Positions 50,107 through 57,990 of a DNA stretch of 64,000 nucleotides are shown here, in pieces. The DNA is from a virus. The position numbers were made by a program, and so were the translations under genes. The notes beneath the pieces were generated by a model that was given only the letters and a program-made list of their open reading frames with translations, had not been told where the DNA came from and made no database searches. The stretch is taken from the IMG/VR virus record IMGVR_UViG_3300031857_022279. The stretch is one strand, 5' to 3'. Positions within the stretch are counted from its first letter, which is position 1, and the number at the start of each line of letters is the position of its first letter.

Positions 50107-52197
50107 ATGTTCGTTGATAAAAGTCGCACCTATATTGGTATAGTTGAAAATAATGAGGACCCAAAAAAACTTGGAAGATGCCGAGTTAGAGTCATTGATA
50201 TCTTTGATGATATTCCAGTCGATGACATACCTTGGGCATCACCATGGAAAGACCTAAATGGAAATGCCTTTAACCTACCAGAAAAAGGAAAAGTTGTAAC
50301 TGTAATTTTTGACTCTGGTAACATCTATAAACCAGAATATATCTACGCGGATCACTTCAATGTAAATTTAGAAAAAAAACTATCAACACTTTCTGGCACT
50401 AACTATACTTCGATGAAGGCTTTGATATTCGATCACAAAACACAAATTTATGTAAATGATGAAGAGGGTCTCAAATTAGACCATAAATTTAATATGTTGA
50501 ATATTACTAAAGACTCAATAGATATAAATTTAAAAGATAACTTCGCTAAGGTAAATATTGGTTCGGCAATTTCTAATCAACAGGCAATTTTAGGAAATCA
50601 TTTTTTAGATTGGTTTGATGAGTTTATTCAAAATTTACTTGGAGCAAATGGTGGTCCATTTCTAGGAAATCTAGGAGCTCCAGTAGTTGCTAATCCTGAG
50701 TTTATCGATGTATGTCAAAAATATATTGCACTCAAAGTTCCAAAGTTTTTGTCTCATCACGTTAATATAGTAGATAATGAGTATGTGGAGAAACTAGATA
50801 GAGTAAATGATCCAAAACTAGGTGACAACTATAAGTCGACCTCAAAAAATACAACTATGGGTCAAGCTGAGAAAGTGGATTATACTCCGGTTGAAGGTAA
50901 TTCATCTGATACACCTGCTGATATTCAAACACCAAATAGTAGTGGTGATGGTGGTAGTGGTACATCAGATGCTGGTTCTAAAGATCCAGGACCTATCGAG
51001 CCAACTGGTAATCTTGATGTAGACAGAATTATCGAAACTATGCAAAAACTTGGATATACAGTTTTTGAAAGACCATATGAGTGTAATATAGTAGGTATAA
51101 GAATGAGAACAGAAGGAATGAAATATTCTAACGCACATGAAGATCAATTATGGCTTTTCTATAAAGACGAGTCTTATAAATGGCAGGTATATTGGTATAA
51201 GATCAGTACTATGCCTGGTTACTTCAAAGCCAAAGAAGCGTTAGTTTGGAGTGATAAAAAACTGGTGAAGAAATTGAAAACACCTAATTATGCACTTAAA
51301 AAAGGTGAATCTTGGACGGGTAATACCCCAAACGGAGAATCTATAGATTGTAAAGCTACCTCGATATATCAAGGAAGAGGAGGTATGGGAATATTACGGG
51401 AAGCTCAATATTTGAATGTGTACTCTATTGGTGTGCACTCAGGAGCAACAGCCATGGTGACTAAAGGTCGAAAACAAAAAGCTTATAGAGATAAAGAGAC
51501 AGGAGACACAATAAAATACACAAAAGACTGGGATTCGAATAAAGCATATGACGCAGGTATGTACATTCACAAAGGCTACCCAGGTGGTGTAAGTAATTGG
51601 TCTGAAGGTTGTCAGGTTTTCGCCGATGGAAAATCTTTAAATGATTTTTTTGATAAGTGTAGACAACATGAGAAAAGGTATGGTAATAATTTCACCTATA
51701 CGCTCATAAACAAAAAAGATCTTGTATCTGAGGCAGTCGGTAATTCAGGTGGTAGTCGTCCATTTTCCGGAGCTCCATCGCAAGGTGGAGGATCGTCACA
51801 AGCAACTAATCAAGTAGCTAGTCCGGAATCTCAGGCATCTTACAATGAGTATCGTAAGATAGTTGAAGAAATAAAAATAATTTACAAACTAGCTGATAAG
51901 ACTTATACTGATAATGGTAATCCTCTGTTTGAAGACTTAAAAGGCACGTTTGGTGATGATACCACAAAGGCTAATGAGAGAATTCGTGAGTTACTTGGAT
52001 TAAAAAGTTCAGGATCATTCTGGTATAACAAGCTACCTTTAAATAAACTCATAGCTGATCACGTAGCTCTTTTCCAAAATCAATTATCTCTGCTCGCAAC
52101 ATCAACTACTAACAAAAATAACTCATTTGATTTTAATTTACCCGCTGTTCAAGTCGGAGGTCAGTCATTGAAGATTAATATTAATACAGACTTTTAA
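50107..52197 (+). CDS. Baseplate spike gp5-like protein: OB-fold plus C-terminal YkuD-like (L,D-transpeptidase fold) domain
   Basis: YIGIVENNEDPKKLGRCRVRV...IPWASP...LPEKGKVVTVIFDSGN is the gp5/VgrG OB-fold; IHKG...WSEGCQVF at 51565-51620. Start moved to ATG 50107, after CAATATATA. Confidence 0.8.
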   Translation: MFVDKSRTYIGIVENNEDPKKLGRCRVRVIDIFDDIPVDDIPWASPWKDLNGNAFNLPEKGKVVTVIFDSGNIYKPEYIYADHFNVNLEKKLSTLSGTNYTSMKALIFDHKTQIYVNDEEGLKLDHKFNMLNITKDSIDINLKDNFAKVNIGSAISNQQAILGNHFLDWFDEFIQNLLGANGGPFLGNLGAPVVANPEFIDVCQKYIALKVPKFLSHHVNIVDNEYVEKLDRVNDPKLGDNYKSTSKNTTMGQAEKVDYTPVEGNSSDTPADIQTPNSSGDGGSGTSDAGSKDPGPIEPTGNLDVDRIIETMQKLGYTVFERPYECNIVGIRMRTEGMKYSNAHEDQLWLFYKDESYKWQVYWYKISTMPGYFKAKEALVWSDKKLVKKLKTPNYALKKGESWTGNTPNGESIDCKATSIYQGRGGMGILREAQYLNVYSIGVHSGATAMVTKGRKQKAYRDKETGDTIKYTKDWDSNKAYDAGMYIHKGYPGGVSNWSEGCQVFADGKSLNDFFDKCRQHEKRYGNNFTYTLINKKDLVSEAVGNSGGSRPFSGAPSQGGGSSQATNQVASPESQASYNEYRKIVEEIKIIYKLADKTYTDNGNPLFEDLKGTFGDDTTKANERIRELLGLKSSGSFWYNKLPLNKLIADHVALFQNQLSLLATSTTNKNNSFDFNLPAVQVGGQSLKININTDF

Positions 52198-53777
52198 AGA
52201 TTTATTTTAGTTATAGTATAGGGATATTTTCTCTTGACATAAAACTTTTCTCTTTCTTTGAAATGTCTATAAAGAATATTCTTCGGATCTTCTAAAGTGA
52301 AAACATCTACCAAGTCAAAGATCAATGCAGTCTTTTTATCCTCGTGAAGTCTTAGTGCCCTTCCGATGGATTGTATTATAATTTGTTCTGATTTAAATGA
52401 GTCCGCAAATACAACATTAAATATTGCATTAATAGACACACCTGTTGAGAGTGTACCATAGGATGCCACTAATACCTTAGTATTTGACGAGGTTTCCTCC
52501 ATGAATTTTTTAATCTCTTCTCTTTCCCTATTTCTGACTTCACCATCTATGTAATAAAAGTCTTTATCAACTGTTTCATTTTTCAACTTATTGAATATTT
52601 TTTGACCATATTCTATACTGTGAAAAAGAATTAATGTGTTTTTATCACACTTATCTATAACTTTTTTAATAAAATTTAATCTTCTATCAGAGTCATGTAT
52701 AAAACTTTTCTCTAATTCCAAAGCTTCCTTACCCATTCCACCTCTTTTAATTATCTCTAGCCTTTCTCCATAATCTAAATCTTGATGATTCATCATAACT
52801 ACTTTTATATTCATAGGAGTTATGATTCCTTTTTCCTTTAACTCATTTGCAGTCACCTCTGTTATTTTAGGACCAAGGACAGATTGTATAGTAAGTATCT
52901 CACAAGATTCATCCGGTGGGAAAGTACCAGATACTCCAAATCTTGAATAGGCATGTCCAAATGTTTTACCAAGTATTCCAGTTATAGTTTTAGCTTTTGC
53001 TCCGTGTGCTTCATCACAAGCTACAGTATGAAATTGTTGAAAAAAATCTTTTGGCCACTTTTCTAAAGATTGATATGTACCAATATATATGTTTGCGTTT
53101 TCAGTTCCAGAATACTTTCTTGGTCTATCAGACATTACTTCTTCGATTCTAACATCACAACCTTTTTCATTTACCTCTTTATTTAAAAGTCTATTAACAC
53201 CAGTATTATATTCAATTATATTATCATAGAATTGAGTAACAAGTGTTATAGATGGTACAATTAAAAGAAATTTAGCATCTTCTTTTAAATTCTTTAAAGT
53301 GTAAAATATAACTATAGATATGATCAATGATTTACCGCCAGAAGTTGCAACTTCGGCCATACAATACCTGTTTTTAAGTATTTTATAAGCTGATTCTATC
53401 TGGTGGTCATAGGGTATAAACTGAACCCATTCACCTTGTTTGTTTCTCACTTTATGATCTTTGAAAAACTCTTTACAAAATTCTTGTACTTTTTCTAAAG
53501 TAACATCTCTATTAACTGGAAAATCCTCTTTATTTTCAATTACAAACGGAACATCTATTTCTTTGCAACCTTTATAGCATTCTTTCCATAATCCGAGTGC
53601 TATTCTACCGTTTTTGAAATAAGAATTTTGACCATTCCACACTCCCATTTTGAAAGCGGGCATAAAGCGATAACCTTTGACATGTCTTGTTAACCAAATA
53701 TTTATTTGGTGATATTCAATTCTTGTAGCAGCGGATATTACTAGTTCTTCAGACTCTTTTTCATACCGAAACTTCAT
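52194..53777 (-). CDS. uvsW: SF2 DNA helicase, UvsW family
   Basis: PYDHQ, ATSGGKS, DEAH, SGT, YGTLSTGVSI, QSIGRALR. Confidence 0.9.
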   Translation of the reverse strand: MKFRYEKESEELVISAATRIEYHQINIWLTRHVKGYRFMPAFKMGVWNGQNSYFKNGRIALGLWKECYKGCKEIDVPFVIENKEDFPVNRDVTLEKVQEFCKEFFKDHKVRNKQGEWVQFIPYDHQIESAYKILKNRYCMAEVATSGGKSLIISIVIFYTLKNLKEDAKFLLIVPSITLVTQFYDNIIEYNTGVNRLLNKEVNEKGCDVRIEEVMSDRPRKYSGTENANIYIGTYQSLEKWPKDFFQQFHTVACDEAHGAKAKTITGILGKTFGHAYSRFGVSGTFPPDESCEILTIQSVLGPKITEVTANELKEKGIITPMNIKVVMMNHQDLDYGERLEIIKRGGMGKEALELEKSFIHDSDRRLNFIKKVIDKCDKNTLILFHSIEYGQKIFNKLKNETVDKDFYYIDGEVRNREREEIKKFMEETSSNTKVLVASYGTLSTGVSINAIFNVVFADSFKSEQIIIQSIGRALRLHEDKKTALIFDLVDVFTLEDPKNILYRHFKEREKFYVKRKYPYTITKINL

Positions 53778-53871
53778 ACTTAGTATATATCTATAATTCG
53801 TTTAAGTTTTTTTGAGGTTTTTTACAGAGGAGGGAAAAAAAAACTTATATATACAAAAAAAAGTAAATTTT

Positions 53872-54183
53872 ATGAGTTTTTTTAAATTTTTAAGAAATCT
53901 TTTTGGTAGTTCAACTGAAACAACTGTAGAATCAACTCCTACTAAAGTAGAAGAGCCAGTTGTAGAAAAAGTTGTTGTTACAAAAGCGGAACCAGTTCCT
54001 ACGAAAGTGGTTGAGCCGGTGGCTAAAAAGACTGAAGAGTCAGCGAAAACAGCTAAAGAAATAAAAGCTAAGGTTAAAAGACCAGCTAATAATCAAAGGC
54101 CAAATAATCCTGGTAACACTTCGTCTAAACCACGACCGAAAAGAAAAAGACCAGCTCCTAAGAAACCAACACAAGGAGAATAA
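53872..54183 (+). CDS. Low-complexity basic protein with amphipathic N-terminus
   Basis: MSFFKFLRNLFG, a P/K/E/V linker and an R/K-rich tail. Start moved to ATG 53872, downstream of TTATATATA. Confidence 0.65.
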   Translation: MSFFKFLRNLFGSSTETTVESTPTKVEEPVVEKVVVTKAEPVPTKVVEPVAKKTEESAKTAKEIKAKVKRPANNQRPNNPGNTSSKPRPKRKRPAPKKPTQGE

Positions 54184-54187
54184 AATT

Positions 54188-54217
54188 AAAAACCTCTGAA
54201 TTCTCAGAGGTTTTTTT
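54188..54217. terminator. Bidirectional intrinsic terminator
   Basis: AAAAACCTCTGA / TCAGAGGTTTTT between convergent genes. Confidence 0.85.
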
Positions 54218-54239
54218 ATTTTAAATAAGTACACCTTTT

Positions 54240-54905
54240 CTAAGGTCTCTTAATCAGAATGTCATCAATCATTCCATATTTTTTAGCCTCAATTGCACTC
54301 AACCAGTAATCTCGATCACCATCTTTTTCAACTTTAGAATAAGTTTGACCAGATTTTTCTGAAATTATTTCATACAATTCCTTTTTCAGAAGATTGATTT
54401 CCTTAGCGTCAATTTCAATGTCAGATGCTTGTGAGTATCCACCAAATCCCATCATCGGTTGGTGTATCATTGTTCTGCTCCGTTTAAGTGCTTTTCTCTT
54501 ACCTTTGTTTCCACAACAAAGTATAATAGCTGCCATAGAAGCTGCCAAACCGGTATTTATTGTAACTATTTCTGGCTTGATATACTCCATTATATCAAGT
54601 AGTCCTAATCCATCGTAAACTGAACCACCAGGTGAGTTTATATAAATTGTGATATCTTCTTTTGAATCTAGACTTTCTAAATAGAGCAGATTCGCCTTTA
54701 TTAATTCACAAATATTAGTTTCAATATCTCCACTTAATATTATTATTCTATCTCTAAGTAGTCTATTGAAAACGTCATTTGGGAACATAGGACCAACTTC
54801 GTCGAAAAATTGATTTGCTCGATTTGCCTGATAATGGCTGATAAACTGTTCAGACACCTTTTTACTTTTGAGATATTTCTGAAAATCTTGAGATAAATTA
54901 TTCAT
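54240..54905 (-). CDS. clpP: ATP-dependent Clp protease proteolytic subunit
   Basis: YINSPGGSV, AASMAA (Ser), MIHQP (His), RDYWLS (Asp), YGMID. Confidence 0.95.
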   Translation of the reverse strand: MNNLSQDFQKYLKSKKVSEQFISHYQANRANQFFDEVGPMFPNDVFNRLLRDRIIILSGDIETNICELIKANLLYLESLDSKEDITIYINSPGGSVYDGLGLLDIMEYIKPEIVTINTGLAASMAAIILCCGNKGKRKALKRSRTMIHQPMMGFGGYSQASDIEIDAKEINLLKKELYEIISEKSGQTYSKVEKDGDRDYWLSAIEAKKYGMIDDILIKRP

Positions 54906-54983
54906 AGTAGTTTATTGACTTTGTAATTTTATATCTTTTGTAGAGTAAGATGTTTATAAGTAAGTAAAATAAGCTTTAGATTT

Positions 54984-54992
54984 TAATATATA
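54984..54992 (+). promoter_or_regulatory. TAATATATA motif (putative late promoter)
   Basis: Exact match 7 nt upstream of ATG 55000. Confidence 0.6.
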
Positions 54993-54999
54993 AAAAAAA

Positions 55000-55347
55000 A
55001 TGTTCAATAAAATGAAAACTACAATTGAAATAAATGGTCATGAAATTGTGATCGAAGAAAATGATGGCCTTATTACGGTAAGTGCTCTTAAAGAAGGTGA
55101 AGTCATCGAAGAATTTGAATTGACTTCTGAGCCAAAAGGCGAAATGGAAGAAGGCCAAGAAGAAGATACTATGAAAGATTTCGAAGATTTCGAAGAAGAG
55201 GAAGAAGAAAAGGAAGAGTTAGGTGAAATGGGAGAAGAAGAGGAAGAGGATTCTGAAGAGGAAGAAGAGGAAAAAGAAGAGGAAGAGGAAGAACAAAATG
55301 AAAGTAAGCTTGAGTCTTTCCAGTCTTTTTTGAAAAAAAGAAAATAA
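55000..55347 (+). CDS. Highly acidic (poly-Glu) protein, candidate prohead core/internal protein
   Basis: Glu runs; ends NESKLESFQSFLKKRK. Confidence 0.75.
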   Translation: MFNKMKTTIEINGHEIVIEENDGLITVSALKEGEVIEEFELTSEPKGEMEEGQEEDTMKDFEDFEEEEEEKEELGEMGEEEEEDSEEEEEEKEEEEEEQNESKLESFQSFLKKRK

Positions 55348-55350
55348 TAA

Positions 55351-56475
55351 ATGATAAAAAGATTTGAATCTTTCATCGAAGAATCTAAAGATAAAAACTA
55401 TCTTTTATATTATGCCTTCGACTGGGATGATAATATTTTAAATATGCCAACTGTTATTCATCTTGAAAAAAGAGATGGTGACAACTGGACGCCTGTGGAT
55501 GTATCAACTGCTGAATTTGCTGAAGTTAGAGGAGACAAGGAAAATTATAGATTACTAAATAATAACCCGGATGATGCTTTTTCTAATTTTAGAGATACTG
55601 GACCAAAAGGAGGTACTATCTTTTTAGAAGATGTTGAAAAAGCAGTTGATAGTCAAAGATTCGGTCCAGCATGGGAAGATTTCATTGAGTGTTTATCTAA
55701 TGGTGCTCTTTTTTCAATAATTACAGCAAGAGGACATGAAGGCAAGACACTTAGAAGCGGTGTTGAATGGATACTAGATAGTATGCTATCTGAATCTCAA
55801 CTTTTCAGTCTTTATAATAATCTTATTAGATTTCACTATTTATTTGACGAGTTAGGAGAGGATTTCCCAAGACTATTAAAGGGCAAACCATCAGAAAATA
55901 GTTTGATTAAGTCTTATTTAGATGCTTGTCATTTTGTCGGTGTTTCTGCTCCTTCAAGAGGTGGAACACCTGATAATCCAGAAAAAGCAAAAGAGGATGC
56001 TCTTTTAGAGTTTATCGATCAGATTGATTCAGATATTGATAAGTTGGAAATGTTAACTGGTGAAGAATGGGTAGCATCAGTTGGTTTTTCTGATGATGAT
56101 ATTAAAAATGTCAAACACGTTGAAGAGCTTTTTGACAATTTGCACAATGAAAGATTTCAAAATATTTACAAAGTCGTTGTTAAAGGAACAAAAGATCCTC
56201 TTAACATAACTAAAAAAGTTAAATTTTTCGAAACTGATACTGCTAAAAATGAAGCAACTCATTCAACTCAAGCCCCTGGTATGGCAAGCTCAGTAATGTC
56301 TTTTACTCAATATAACAATATGGCTTCAAGACTTTTTCCAAGTAACGTAAAAGATAACGATCCTGTTGCAAACACTCACAGATTGGCAACAGATTATTTA
56401 AGTAAACAATCCAAAGAGTGGACAAAGGATTTAAATGTCACACAGAGGAAAAAAAATAAAAAAAAAGAAAAATGA
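55351..56475 (+). CDS. HAD-superfamily-like hydrolase with CTS-like N-terminus
   Basis: Starts MIKRFESFIEES; YAFDWDDNI (motif I), IITARGH (motif II), VGFSDDD (motif IV). Confidence 0.7.
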   Translation: MIKRFESFIEESKDKNYLLYYAFDWDDNILNMPTVIHLEKRDGDNWTPVDVSTAEFAEVRGDKENYRLLNNNPDDAFSNFRDTGPKGGTIFLEDVEKAVDSQRFGPAWEDFIECLSNGALFSIITARGHEGKTLRSGVEWILDSMLSESQLFSLYNNLIRFHYLFDELGEDFPRLLKGKPSENSLIKSYLDACHFVGVSAPSRGGTPDNPEKAKEDALLEFIDQIDSDIDKLEMLTGEEWVASVGFSDDDIKNVKHVEELFDNLHNERFQNIYKVVVKGTKDPLNITKKVKFFETDTAKNEATHSTQAPGMASSVMSFTQYNNMASRLFPSNVKDNDPVANTHRLATDYLSKQSKEWTKDLNVTQRKKNKKKEK

Positions 56476-57167
56476 AATTCTTAAAAACTTTTGAAACACA
56501 TGAGAGTGGTATGTCAAGAGAAGAGATGTGTGACATGCTTTGTAAATGTGGTTATGCACAAGAAGAACTTGATGGATGTTCTAATTATGAACTACAAATG
56601 ATGTGTAAGAATGCACAAGAGGCAGAGAACACGTCTAATGAGACTAATGAATCCAAAGGTGAAAAATGGATTCAAGATGCGATTAAAAGACCTGGTGCGC
56701 TTCGTAAGAAGATGAAAAAAGAAGAAGGTGAGAAAATTACAAAGTCTGAAATTGAGGACGAACTTTCTCAATTGAAAAAGAAGGACGAAGATCCTAGTAA
56801 GCCAGGAGTTCAAGGACTTAGCAAAAAAGACTTGACAAAATTCAGACAACTAAATTTGGCTAAGACACTTAAAGGATTAAAAGAGCATCAAGAGCAAGAG
56901 AACTACATGTTTTTTGCCAATGTAGAAAACATTTGTAAGTTCTGTCAAGAAATTTTAGCAATGGATAAACATGAAGTAGATAAAATTTTATCTGATGGGC
57001 ACGGATGGGCCACAGACCATATTGCAACATCTAAAGATGATGTTGAAGAAGTGGTAAACTTTCTAAGAACACATAAAATTGAAAAATCTGAAGATTCAGA
57101 AATTCATTCAGCAGATGGTAAACTAGTGAAAAAATTCACAGACTTTCCCGGTTCACACAACCTTTAA
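56472..57167 (+). CDS. Hypothetical protein with CTS-like N-terminus
   Basis: Starts MKFLKTFETHES; ends ...LVKKFTDFPGSHNL. Confidence 0.75.
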   Translation: MKFLKTFETHESGMSREEMCDMLCKCGYAQEELDGCSNYELQMMCKNAQEAENTSNETNESKGEKWIQDAIKRPGALRKKMKKEEGEKITKSEIEDELSQLKKKDEDPSKPGVQGLSKKDLTKFRQLNLAKTLKGLKEHQEQENYMFFANVENICKFCQEILAMDKHEVDKILSDGHGWATDHIATSKDDVEEVVNFLRTHKIEKSEDSEIHSADGKLVKKFTDFPGSHNL

Positions 57168-57171
57168 AAAT

Positions 57172-57200
57172 AAAAAAACCCACTCAAATGAGTGGGTTTT
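57172..57200. terminator. Bidirectional intrinsic terminator
   Basis: AAAACCCACTC / GAGTGGGTTTT between convergent genes. Confidence 0.85.
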
Positions 57201-57204
57201 CAGT

Positions 57205-57969
57205 TTATACATTTTTGAATGTATTGATATCTAAACAAACAAATTCACATTCATTGTGATAGAATCTATAATTTCTATGAAAGTGGCCATAATAGAAACC
57301 TTTTAATTTGTTATTATTCATAATTTCGGTTATCAATTTAGTCATATTTCCTCTTTCATTTCTTAAATCATCTAAAAGTAAATCATCATTCATAGCATAT
57401 TTATAAACAAGATTATTAAATGTCAATGGTTCAACAAAATCTGGACTTGTGTGACAAATCATTCTATCGATATCTCTCAAACCTTTAACAAGTTCAAAAT
57501 CAAATTTAACAATTTCATCTTCCCAGTATTTACCACCATACATTTTATTGTAGTTACGATCAATACTCACAGCGCCACCAATAAAAAGTATATTCTCAAA
57601 ATCAATATTTAAAACTGTGTAGTCAGGAATAAAGAAAATATTAGTTAATTGTTCTTTATACTTGTCATATTTATCACTTTGAAACCATTCTGGATCATCG
57701 TGATTCCCCCTGATTATATAAAGATCACTTTCACGACTCTCAAGCTCACTATTAAGTATTAAGAGTTTTTTTAGTTCAATTTCAGGGTCGTTATATCCAA
57801 TACCAAAATCTCCTACTTGAATATAAGATACTTGGTTTCTCTCTTTAAAGTCAAAATCATTAACTTTCTGAAGATGCCTCAAAATAACACTCCAATCACC
57901 GTGAACATCTCCCAGTAGATACTTTTCTTTATATGTTACATAATTTTTCACTAATCTAAATATAATCAA
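57205..57969 (-). CDS. Calcineurin-like metallophosphoesterase
   Basis: GDVHG, VGDFG, RGNHDD, GGAVSID, HTSP, YGHFH. Start uncertain (TTG 57969 or GTG 57951). Confidence 0.88.
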   Translation of the reverse strand: MIIFRLVKNYVTYKEKYLLGDVHGDWSVILRHLQKVNDFDFKERNQVSYIQVGDFGIGYNDPEIELKKLLILNSELESRESDLYIIRGNHDDPEWFQSDKYDKYKEQLTNIFFIPDYTVLNIDFENILFIGGAVSIDRNYNKMYGGKYWEDEIVKFDFELVKGLRDIDRMICHTSPDFVEPLTFNNLVYKYAMNDDLLLDDLRNERGNMTKLITEIMNNNKLKGFYYGHFHRNYRFYHNECEFVCLDINTFKNV

Positions 57970-57975
57970 TATTAT

Positions 57976-57984
57976 TAATATATA
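57976..57984 (+). promoter_or_regulatory. TAATATATA motif (putative late promoter)
   Basis: Exact match 6 nt upstream of ATG 57991. Confidence 0.6.
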
Positions 57985-57990
57985 CTTCAG

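Noticed and set aside
54240-54905. ClpP as the head maturation protease
   Set aside because: It looks like a full host-type ClpP, has no portal or capsid neighbours and lacks the late motif; Glu-directed leader cleavage fits a gp21-type protease better. Not fully excluded.
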